NCBI RefSeq assembly: GCF_009834535.1
Contig: NC_045727.1
Coordinates: 10,292,001-10,356,000 of the forward strand
From: Camelus ferus
Lineage: Eukaryota
Direction: 5' to 3'
DNA length: 64,000 nucleotides
The translations under genes were made by a program, and so were the position numbers. The first letter of the stretch is position 1. Every line of letters begins with the position of its first letter. The notes beneath the pieces were generated by a model. The model saw only the letters and a program-made list of their open reading frames with translations, searched no databases and had not been told where the DNA came from. Below, one piece after another: positions 44,101-56,100 of this stretch.

Positions 44101-47100
44101 TTGTAGAAAAATGTATTTGTACGTTGAGAAAATTTCATTGAGATTCACGGTTCTTCACGTCCCTGGGCCTTCGTTCTTGAGACTCCTTCTGGATTTCTCA
44201 CGGGGTTTGTGTGCAGCTCTGCAGTGAAGCCCATTCTAACCAGAAGGTTGGGGACTGAAAGACCTCGTCCTTCTTTGGCCTCTGGCTCACACTTTGATGG
44301 CAGTGTTGTAGAAAGGTGTTTGGCCAGTTTTCTATAATGGGATGATTTGTCAGTTAATCACATTGCTGTAGGTGTGTGTTTTCTCTGTCCTGTGATCGGA
44401 TTATTTCCCTGCCCTGTCTCATTCCACGAAGGATTGAAGACACCCTACTGAGACACACCGCATCTTGGGGAAGGGGGAGTGTGGGGAAGGGCGGTGCAAC
44501 AGTGGAGCCAGGCTGGGTGTGGACAGGCCCCACACAGCTACTGGGGCCTCTGCAGACCTATCTTGGTGAACGGGCCAGGAGGGACCCAGACTGTGACACG
44601 TTATGATCACAGAGACATTAAGATAAACCGGGCGGTTGCTCTAGATCAGGGGTCCTCAGCCGGCCAGTGTCTGGAGATGTTCTTGGTTTCCCAGCAGGAG
44701 GGGTGCTGCTGGTGTCCAGTAGAAAGAGCACGGGATGGCTGCTGATCACACTGCAGCACAGAGGACATTCCCCCATGAGCACGTGGCAGTGCCTGGCTGA
44801 GAAACTGCTCTGGGCAAGGAAAGCCTTACAGTTATCTGCCTTTTCACCTGTTTGTCTCATCCTTCCAACTAGGTCGTAAGCTTCTTGAAGACAAGAGTTG
44901 TGCCTTTTATTTTGGAGTCATGTAGTCCTGCTCTTGAGTCTCCATGCTCTGCTCCTCAGCAAGTATGTGTCACAGAATGTTCTCGACACATCTTACACAG
45001 GTCGGTTTCACGAGGCTGGTAACAGCTGCTCACCGGCGAGGGCTCAGGAGATGCAAGCTCTCTTCACAGTCTCTCACTGTCTTATGCCTGAAGACAGTGG
45101 GTTGATTTAAAAAATAACCAGGTTTCATCTGGAGAAGATTCAAAAGAAATGTGGGTGGAGTTTGCCGTGGGTAACCCACTTGTGGAGTTTTCACTGACTG
45201 ATGCACCAGACACTGGATCCCTCTGGAGAGAAGTTCTAGAGATCAGAGGTGATGAGGAAGCTGTGTGCTAGGAGGAAGGGGAACAGGCCATGCTCCAGAA
45301 TCAGGGCAGATGGCAGCCCCAGGAAGGAGGGCCTGGTTTGTTGGTGCGCCCTTGGGCTGAGTCTGGACCCAGAAGGACCGGAGGACCGTGAAGGCAGAGG
45401 CTGGATGGAGGAGGGCTGAGAGCCTCGGGAGGGAGCTGAAAGCTCTGTGGGAGCGGGATGGAGCAGGGATGTGAGCACGTGTCTGCCTTCTGCTGCAGGG
45501 GCAAGTCTTGATGGCCCTAAGCCGGAGTGTGGGTGAGGGCCAGGGACACGTTGGGGACCAGGCACGGGGGGGCCGTTCCAGCCGATACGACTGGGAGGGG
45601 TGCTGCTGGGGGCTTGTGGGGAGTCGGGGAAGAAGGGGTGCTTGAGCTGCCCATCCCATCTCTCCTTGGGACTCCCCTGCCCTGCGTGTGGCAGCCAGCC
45701 TGTGACCGCAAGGACGGGCCCACATGGCAGGACTGGAGGGGAGGGTGGAAAGTCGGGGCTCCTCGAGCGGCTCACCAGAGCACCTTGAAGCTGACCCTTC
45801 TTAAGACTGGCTGTGAGCTCCTGTGTTATCCATGGTGCTCCTGTGACCTGTAGCATCTCTGACAGGACAGTTTGCAGAAGGAAGCTTAGGTTGAGTGAGG
45901 TGGGGGACCCCCGGGGCCAGACCAGAGGTGAGGGCCCTGCATTACCTTCACCTGCTTGGTCACTAGGGGAGCAAGCTGGAACCAAGCAGAGGTCTCAGTG
46001 CTGAGGCTGGCCCCTTCGGCTTGGAGAGCTGGGCTACCTTTCCTCCTTGGGAATCGCCTTCAGAAACCACGGGGTGCAGCTTGGGACCAGAACCCCCCAG
46101 GCAGGGCTGCTTCTGGCACTCAGGGGGCCAGAGCTTTCTATTGAGGTGCCCAGTGCACCTTCTCTGGCATTTAGTTTTTGAGAGTTCTCCAGTCGAGGGG
46201 TATCAGCAGAATGTTCTCAGGGAGGAACTGGGGGGGTGGGGGAGCTGTGCCCTAGTCGTGGACTTTGAGTCGGCCCCATTTGCCTGCTGGGGCCAGCTCG
46301 GTCCCACACCCTCCCTCACACGGTCCCTGCTACCTGCTGACATCCACTGTAGCCAGAGAGGTAGCTGACCACACCACTGAAAGTAAGCCCTCAGAGTGCT
46401 GAGCCAGGCCTGCAGCTCAGGGGCACGCCGTAACTGAGTGCGCAGGAGGTGGATGGGAGGTGGCCGGCAGACATGTAGCCCACCGTGTCTGCTGCCTTGA
46501 CTGGTAGAGTTACTTGTTTCATAAAACTTGCTGTTCATTCTGGCTGGTGCCACGAACAGGTCAGACCTTGTGGTGGAGTCCGGTGGGGGTTCCAGTGACG
46601 CAAGGACACATTTCACCCAGGTCCTCCCCAGGGAGCCCACTTACATAGTTGTGTCTTGCTGTTCTTCTAGGAGGGGGCATTGATGAAACAAAACAGATCG
46701 CAAATGGTTTAGAGCAATGCTGGCAAAATAAAAACCCATTTAGGTCAAAACTTGATGCTTTTGAAAGCAATACCTGCCTTGATGCATTAACCAGCCCAGG
46801 GCAGGGAAGCTGCCTGGCCATAGCCCCGGCAGTGGGGAGCAGACAGAAGGCAGCACAGCTCACTCGAGGGCCAGGATAGGCCTTCATCCAAGCGGACTCC
46901 TGGTCTCTGCACCCTCCACCAGTTCCCGCACAGAAGGGCACTCGATGAATTCATCCCCTCAGCAGGTCATGAGAGTGATTGTGGGGCGAGGTGGGGGGCT
47001 GCACGTGGACTAGGCAGTGAGACTGGGAGGGCATCTGCGGGGCATCCTGTGTAAGAAGGGGATGCCAGGAGGGGCGGACTGGGGGCATCACAAATGGGGC

Positions 47101-50100
47101 GTCACAGTGGTGGGCGGGTGGGTGTGGGAGAAGCAGCAGACAGGTGAGCCTGGGGTAGAGGTGGTGGGGAGAGTTTTAAATGCAGTGCTTTGTGGCACAT
47201 GTGAGCAGAGACCTTGTTGTGAGTGGAGAATTACTGAGGAGCTCCTGGGGGGCTTTATTCCTAGAGGGAGGGCCCCTGGACGGGCACGGTGGCCACCACA
47301 TAGGCCTGGTAGAGGTGAGAGAGGCTGCCAGCTGAGGGAGGAGCCAGAACTTGCCTGGTGGGTTTGAGGAGGAGTGGGGATGGTGACGGAGCTGGAACTG
47401 CCAGTACCCAGGACCCGTGGGCACTGGTTCTCAGCATGATGGGCACAGAGGAGGAAGGCGGCCTGAGGAGGGTCTTAGAGGTCTTTCTGTGCTGGGACTC
47501 AGCGGGCAAGGGGGCAAGGGAGAACCTGCCACAAGGCTGCAGCCCTGGTCTGGGCAGGGTGACCCGGTGGTGTTGGCGGCTGAGAGAGGGCTAGACCCAG
47601 TGTGTCATGAGCATTGTGAGCATTACACGCATGTTTGTATATGTAATTTACATAGTGAAATGCACAGGCATTAAGCCTACTGTGTGATGTGTTTTCACAA
47701 ACACGTGTTCCCCCATCAGATTTGGAACGTTTCCTCCTCCCCAGAAAGTTCCAGTGAATGTGGAGTCACCAGGTCAAATGTGGGGTGTGAGGTAAGGGGG
47801 CAAAGGGGACCCCATGGAATCAGTGAGACTGGGAAAGGGGCAGCTAGGGAGGGAGGGAGCAGGCCGCACAGGGCCTTCCCAGACTGCCCGCCCGGGTCCT
47901 GCCCCGTCAGACGCTCAGGCTCCAGGCTAGGGCTCCTTCTCGGACTTGGTCTCTATCCTGGACTCAGACTGCTGTTGAGGAACAGGGTGGCTCCTTCTCT
48001 TTTTGGCTGTGACAGTTGCCAAATCTGATTTTACTAGGATGCCTTAATGTTGTGTGCGGATCTGGATAATGAAGCACTTTGTGGTTTGATACTTGTCATT
48101 CGGAAAATGTAAAATAATTTTTTAATAAAAGTAATACCTGTTCAGTGTAGGAAAAATGAGAAAATGCAAAAAGGAGAATACATTGTTAAAACTTTTTTAT
48201 GTGGTCTCTCAGACCATTTGGAAAATATAAGAGGGTGATTTGGTGCTATTTATTATGTATACCAGATTATAAAAATACCTGAATTGCTTAAGGTCTTAGC
48301 CCAATGCCCAATATCATTGCAAATCCAGTGGGGGTTTTTTTTTTTTGAATAGCCTCCCTTCAGACAGCTAAAGTGTTTCCACTGCATCTTCCATATAAAT
48401 AATATTGTAGATCTATTTTTCTTTTTTTAAATTGATATACAACATTGTATTAGTTTCAGGTGTACAACGTAATGATTCGGTATTTGTATATGTTGCAAAG
48501 TGATCACAGTGAGTCTACTTAACATCTGTCACCTCACATAGTTACAGGATTATTTTTTCTTGATGAGAACTTTTAAGATTTACTCTCTTAGCAACTGTCA
48601 AATATATGATACAATATTAACTGTAGCATTTTCTTCACTGTGTGGCTGTTAAGCTAACAGATTTTCCCCCTATGGGGAGGGGTGTTGTTTCAGTCGCTCT
48701 TAACTTTCTAATGGAACCAGGTGGGAGAGATGACTGTATTTATGGAACTTCATCCTGCAGATAATTTTCAGGGAATATCTCTGTTCTGTAAAATTAGAGG
48801 AGAAAAGAGTATGAAGAAAGACCAGAACTTTCTTGATTATATGTTGGCAGAAGCTGCAGGAGTGAGTAAGGTTTGCACACGATGTACCTGTCACTTTCTT
48901 CAACTCTAATTCGTGGCAAAAACAACAGAAAACGGTCGCGGGGTTGCTACAGCTTCCTTCCTGTGCTGTGTGCTCTCTCAGGCACCTGGCACCCTGACGT
49001 GTCCCTGTGGTCGCGCTGACTTGAGGGGACTGGAGAGGTCATTGTGGTTGATAGCGGGAGAGATGACAGCCACAGATGCTCTGTGGCTGAGGCTGTGCAT
49101 GCCCCCTCCCCCACCACGGGTGGCTACTAGCCTGAGTCCCCTCCTTGGGAGAGCAGGAGCCTGCCTTCCAGATATCAGGGTGCCAGTGGTACTGAGGAGT
49201 GTTAGCATTTGGGATCTTTGCTCTGGGCCTTCTCAGCCATGAACAACAGCAGGTGTTTACTGAGCGCCAACTGTGTGCCCAGCCACTAGGTCCTGGGGAC
49301 CGGGCCATGGCTGAAACAGACCACATCACTAAGCTCTTGGCGCAGACCTTCCAGTGGGTGGAGTGGACAGACGTCCAGTGGAGGAAACTATACGTGTGCA
49401 AGAGGTTGCTCCAGGGGCTGGGGAGGGAGTGCTTTCAGGGAGGGAGGTTAGGGTGGGCCTCAGAGAGAGGACCAGGCTGGGTTGGGTGCTGCATGGTAGC
49501 ACCCCATGCCATCTGAGAGCAGAGAGGGGCCAGGGGCCAGCAGATGAGGCCAGGGAAGTTGCAGCAAGTTGTGCAAGCCGTTGTGAGTGCTTGTTGTTCT
49601 CCTGTCCGAGGTGGGCAGGTTTGGGCCGGAAAGACCAGCAGTTATGTTGTGGTAAAGTTAAGGATGAGAGGCCAGTGGCAGCTGGATAGGTACCTGCCCC
49701 CGAGAGCAGTGGGGCAGGAGTCTCCCCAGGAGGTTCTCGTTATAGCCCATCCTGCACAAGAAAAGGATCGGTTTTGTTATGACAGCCACTGGTGTTTTGA
49801 TATTTAGCTGTGTTAATTACCTTTGTGTTATACACATGCATATACACAGCTTTTAGAAAACAGACTGTGTATGTGTTTGTCCCTCACAGAGAGAGTCTCT
49901 GTATGTTTTGCCCAGTTTCTCCTGGTGGTCACATTTTGCCCAACTGCAGTGTAATGTCACATGAACACTGGCAGACTCCAGTATCTTACGCTGATTTTCC
50001 CACATTTATTTGTGGCGCTCGTCTGTGTGGACATGGCCGATAAGCAAGTCCTGCGCTCGTTTTCACTGTGTGTAGGTTTGTGGATGCGCCACAGTCAAGA

Positions 50101-53100
50101 CCAATTAGTTCCACATTTTTTACAGCCACACCCACCTCCCTGCCAGGCCCCTCCAGCTTATATACATATTGGTTTGGTTTGGTTTGATTTTGGTTAGCAT
50201 TTTTTTAAGTAGTCACAAAATAAACATAAAACTTACCATCTTAACCATCTTTTAACCTGTAATTCAGTAGTGTTCCATACATTCATGTTGCACGACGGGT
50301 CCCCAGAACCTTTCATCTCACTAAACTGAAACTCTGTGCCCTTGAAGCAACAACTCCCCACCCCGCCCCCAGCCCCTGGCAAACCCCCTTCTACTTTCTG
50401 TCTCTGTGAACTTGAAACTGTAGGAACTTCATGTAAGTGGAATCATGTAGTATCTGTGCTTGTGAGTGGCTTATGTAAACTAACATGTCTTCAAGGTTCA
50501 TGCATATTGTATCTTGTGTCAGAATTTCCTTTTCATTGTTGAGTAATATTCCATCATGTGGTTGGACCCCATTTTACTTACCCATTCATCCATCAATAGA
50601 CAACTTGGGTTGCTTCCACCTCTTAGCTACTGTGACTAATACTGCTATGAAGGTAGATGTACAAATATTCTTTGAGACTCTGATTTCAGTTCTTCTGCGT
50701 ATAAACCAAAAGTGGAACTGCTGGGTCATAGGTAATTCTCTTTTTTGTCAGAGTGGGTGTGGTGAGAAGGACCCGGGCAGCGGAGCCCCCCTCGGCCCCC
50801 CAGGCTCTGTGTACTCTCGAGGGTCGGGCTGACTGGTAGGTAAGTTCTCCTTGAGGAAACACCCTGCAGCTCACAGACTTCAGGAGCTGAAAGGCGCTCC
50901 AAGGGCCCAGGGGTGGTCCTTGCTGATGCCTTACAAAGACCGATGCTGGCTCAGCTGAACTTTTTTGGTTAAAATGAGAAATCCCCAGCGCAGGTTGGCT
51001 TAAGCAGAAAAGTGACTGAATTGGCATCTTGGGTTATCTCCTGTATAACAGACCTGCCAGCTTAAAACCCCGGTTTCGTTGCTTGTGATTCTGCACATGG
51101 GCAAGGCTCCTCACGGAACCTGTGGGGGTCAGGCAGCCTGGGGCTAGAAGCCTGGGGTCCTGTGTCCCGGGCCTTAGTTCTCACGGGGGACCGGGTTCTT
51201 CGGTCCTCTCTGTGTGGACAGCTAGGGCCTCCCTCAGCACAGTGGTCTCAGGGTGGCCGGTCCCTGCATAGCAGCTGGCTCTCTCCAGAGCGCAGGTGCT
51301 GGACTGCTGGGCCTCCCTTAAGGCCACAAGTGCCGCCACACTGCTTCTGTTGCTTCTGTTAGCTAAAACCTCCAGGCTCCCCCACTGCCCTCCTCACCAC
51401 CCTTGAGGTATCTGCTCTTCTGACTTTCCTAAGGGGGTGCCAGCTGGTCGTTCTGGTGTCCGGCAGGACCCTGGTTGGGTCTTGGCGCTGTGGTCTTGCG
51501 GTCCCGCAGCCCCAACCCTCCTGTCTCTCTAGCCCTTCCTGAGGTGCGGTCCTCATGGCCCAGAGAGGCAGCCACCTCCTTCTCACAACTGCTTCCTCTA
51601 GCCGTCAGCCTCTGGGGAGGGTGGCACGTTCTCAGTGGCAGCTGGCAGACCCTGGCCCAGGAGTGTGTGGCCCTGCCAGCCTGAGTGATGGCGCCTCCAG
51701 TCCCTTCCCCGTGCACTCTGTGCGGCCCTCCTGTAGCCAACGGACAGGCCCTTCTCCTGAAGGTTAATGTGGGACTACTGGGGTCTGCACCATCTGGCAG
51801 GCGGGCTCTCCTCGGGCCTTTGACCGCTTTCTGCTGCTGGTCTGGCTGCTCAGACCATGCAAGTGCAGGCTGTGTCAGGGCCCGTCTCGTGAGCCCTTAG
51901 AACCAGTGCCCAGGGCAGCCGGGCTGTATTTCCCAGCATGGAACCACTTTGAGCACACCACGTGTGCCCCAGGTCCAGTCAGCTGCCACCTGGCCGAATG
52001 AGAGCTGTCGCTCTGGAGCTCTGGCTCAGGGACCAGGCCAGAGCCGCCAGCGTGACCAGGGCCTATTGCGTAGCTGTGTTGTTGGAACTCAGTAAGTTCT
52101 GGAGCAGAACAACGCGGGGTGTGATCCCCAGCCTTGCCTTGCACTGCTCCTTACTCCCCGAGACAGGAAGGCCTTCACACTTGGTGCGCCTGTTCTCTGG
52201 TGGCCATGCATAGCTGCTTCCCCTGCAACCTCGTGATGACCAGCATGGGCGAGAATGCACGTCCCCTGGTCCTGACATTCATGCCAGCCCTTACTGCAGG
52301 GTTACATCAAGAAGGCCGGCTCTCCATGGACTTTGCCACCACGCAGATGCGCGGGAGGGCTCCAGGGAGCTGGAGCGTGGTGAGGGAAGTGGGCCTTGCT
52401 TTGCCGCCACTAGTCCTGCCCAGCTGCCAGAGGGCCAGGTGGGAAAGCTAGGGCCGGTTCCCTGTGTCCGGTCTGCCGGCCAAGTGCAGACCTGTGGGAG
52501 GGAGGATGGCACCACTGTGTGAGCCACACAGTTGTGTGGCTGTTGGCACGAAGAGCTCGTGGCCTTTACAAGTGTGCACCCCGGGAGGGGCGGGCTCTTG
52601 TCCCGGGGGCCTGTCTCTGAGTGCCTGGGTCTGCAGGCTTGGTCATTCTAGTGACCGATGCTTTGTCCCACTTTCTGACTTGCAGCTATTTGAAGTCGCT
52701 TGGAGAGTCTTAGCAGATTATACTTTAACTGAAAGTTAAATCACTCCCTTTACTCACAGGTCATTTACCAGTGGCCTATTTTTCTTCCTAGGAGCAGTGG
52801 TTCAAGATATTGTTTGAATGACCAGTATTTTAAATGGCTGAGTCTGTGTGTATTCTCCAGTGAATAAAAGCAAGGTAGATGTTATATTTCTTTTTTCTTT
52901 GTTCCAGGCAAGCCAATTTTTTCAGTTGATATTCACCCTGACGGAACCAAGTTCGCAACTGGAGGACAAGGTATGTTGACAGAGCACTAGAGGGGCTCCT
53001 GCCCGCTGCCGTGCCCTACTGCCCCTGGTGCCCCATGAGCTGGAGAGAGGATGTGCTGATCTTCAGAACGGACGTGACAGTTTACATCTGAACAGGCCAC

Positions 53101-56100
53101 CTCAAAGCCCGTTTTTGGCCCCAGTGTGCTCTGTAAATATTTTGGTGGCAGGTTTATCTTCCTGACTCCTATTGATCGGGTTAATACTGAAATCAGTCTG
53201 CATCCTGGGCCCAGCCTGATTGAGCATGGAGAGTGGCCCGGCCCCGGAGGCAAGGGCTCTGGGTCCCTTGTCGGAGCTCCAGCGGCATTTTCTCACCCCA
53301 GAAGGGAGGAGGTGGTTGAATAATGAAGTCAGTTATGTAGTTATTAGGCCCATTTTCTGGGCTCAGAGAAGCTCGACTGGAGTTCCACTGCGTTACCCAG
53401 GAGCTCTGGGCCTGGCTGGGGGGCCGGGGTTTTCTCTTTGTCTGCCAGAGGAGCTGCACCTCCCACCTACTCGGTGTAGGAAGGCCCAGGAGAGCCTCCC
53501 AGAAAGTGTGCTGAGCGGGCCAGGTAGCAGTTTCAGGCGTGCTTAATGGAAATTTTGACGCATCCATTTCCAGGCATTTTCAGGTCCTGCCATTGATGAC
53601 ACAAAGTTAGGTGAGGGCCGCCCTTTTGTCAGTTGTAACGGAAGTCAGAAAGAGAAGCCATTACGGAAAGGCAAAGCAGAGTGTACATCGCCTTATGACC
53701 CCAGGAACCCTGAGTGCCCTCTTAGTTGACGTCCCATCTATAGGTGACTGCAAAGGGCCGATGAGGTCATGATCTGTCCCCTCTCTTGTGTGAGGGCCCA
53801 TTTCAGACTTGGTTCTCAAAATATCCAGGCAGCTGTGGGAGCAGCAGCTGGGCTGCCCGAGCGCAGAGCAGGGGGCACTCCGGGACGTCGGCTTTTCCAG
53901 CCTCTTTGCATTAGAGATGAGGGTCTGTGTCCTGGGTGGGGGTGAGGACCTTCATGGGGCCCCTGGTGGATCCGTGTTAGAGGCCAGGCTGGAGTTGAGT
54001 CCAGGGTTGTTCCTTTAGAGTCAGGCTGTCCTCAGCCTCCTTCCGAGTCTGCCGTTTCTGATCCCTGGCACGCATTTCCCCTTACTTGTGCCTGTGACGT
54101 CCGTGAGCAATTCTGGTTCCTCTGATCTGGTCACCCCTGACTTGGGACAGCTGAGTGAAGACAGTCGCAGGCTCCTGCTGGCACTCCTTACACATTGGGT
54201 TGTTTCTGCTCCNNNNNNNNNNNNNNNNNNNNNNNNNNNNNNNNNNNNNNNNNNNNNNNNNNNNNNNNNNNNNNNNNNNNNNNNNNNNNNNNNNNNNNNN
54301 NNNNNNNNNNNNNNNNNNNNNNNNNNNNNNNNNNNNNNNNNNNNNNNNNNNNTGCAGGCTTTGCGTGTCGGCACAGTGCCCAAGGCTAGCACGCGTGTCT
54401 GTGACTAGCGCGGCGGCAGCCCCCTCGGCCTGCCGTCTGAAGGCACAGACGCTGCTGCACGCCGGGGTGAGTTATTCTGCAGAAGACTCGGCCCGCCCAC
54501 AGAGCCACCTTTGGACAGTCTGCAGGTACCTCTGGTGATTTCCTGCTCATGAGTCGTTACTGCCTGATTCCATGGGGCTTTGGGGCCAGTGACCTGGAAG
54601 CAGTAGGGATCTGGGGAAGGGTGCCCAAGAGACAGCTCACCACCAGTCTCAGAAGGCCACCATGTGGCTCCCGGGCCCCCGCTGGCACCTGTGGCCTTTG
54701 GACAGTGTTGTGGTTTCCTGTCCTGTGTTCGTGCCTGGGTCTCCAGCCCCTGCACCTCAGGGTAGCTGTACCTGGCTCTGGTCCCCACCTCACCGCCTCC
54801 CTGAGATGCTCCCTAGCCATTGTGTCCCCTTCCTTTGCACTGCACCCTCCTGCTCTCCCGGCCTCGGTGTCCTCTGGCCGGAGCGCAAGTCACTCACAGG
54901 CCACGTGTGGACCACACCTTGTAACGTCCCTCCTGTCACGGGGCTTCCCAAGGCCCTGAACCACCAGGACCAGAGGGGTTCTGCTGCTCTCAGTTTATAA
55001 GTGCAGGACCGGTCTACCTGCAGTGCTGACAAGTTTGGGAGATCTGGATTTAAAAGAGCTGATAGGTGGCTTGGAGTCAGAGTTTTATGCTCTACCAAGC
55101 CACTCCCCTGAAAGTTCTGGAAAAGGCACCTAGACGTTTTTAGCAAATGCTCTCATTTCAAGAATTCTCTCTACTTGGAAAGATCTACTGTCATCATTAG
55201 GCTGCCCTTTTGAAATGATGAGATTTAGTTATTTATCAGTTTCCCTGGAAATGAGCCTCCCTCTGCCAACTGATCAGCGCTGCCACTTCTCAGAAGCTAT
55301 GTTATATAGCTTCCCCTCCAGACCTTGCTCTGGCTCGTTCTTGCAGCACGAGTAGGTCAGTGCTTGAACAGGGTGGTTCTTCGGGGGCCCTCACACCACA
55401 GGTGCCTGGAGGAGATGAGGCGGGTTAGGTTTTGTGAACCCTCTGCATCTTGCCAGACTGCANNNNNNNNNNNNNNNNNNNNNNNNNNNNNNNNNNNNNN
55501 NNNNNNNNNNNNNNNNNNNNNNNNNNNNNNNNNNNNNNNNNNNNNNNNNNNNNNNNNNNNNNNNNNNNNNNNNNNNNNNNNNNNNNNNNNNNNNNNNNNN
55601 NNNNNNNNNNNNNNNNNNNNNNNNNNNNNNNNNNNNNNNNNNTTTTAGAAGCTTCTTTGCTGGTCTGCATCACAGCACTTTCCTCCTACTGGCACCAGTC
55701 CCCAGGGCTCAACTGGGGCCTGAGCAGGAAGGCAGGCACCCCCAGCTGCCTGGGGACCTGCTCAGTGCCCCTTTTGGGGCTGCAGGGCTTCTGCTCGAAA
55801 GGGAGGATTAATCCCTACCAGGGCTGACGTCGGTGGCTCCCTTGTTCTGTCCTTCAGATGAAGCCCCCAACACAGATGGTGAAGTCAGGGTGCTCTGACG
55901 GAATCCTAGGCGGGAGTGTGGGCCACCCTTGTGGCTGTTCCCCTTTCTCTGGCAGCCTTTCCTGGGGTCCTGGGGAGTCCCCGCTGTCCCTAAAAACCCC
56001 TGCTCTGCACCCACGATGCACTCACACCTCCTGGAGACTGTTCTGTGAACCTAGGCCGAGTCCCTCAGGCTGGGTCCTGGGATGCTGGGGCCACGCAGAC

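Noticed and set aside
45236-45985. 249-aa - strand ORF in HIRA intron 1
   Set aside because: Non-ATG start, Pro/Ser-rich, no family resemblance; chance ORF in GC-rich intron.
52863-52868. AATAAA 40 nt upstream of HIRA exon 2
   Set aside because: Within the AT-rich branch-point region; no evidence of use as an intronic poly(A) site.
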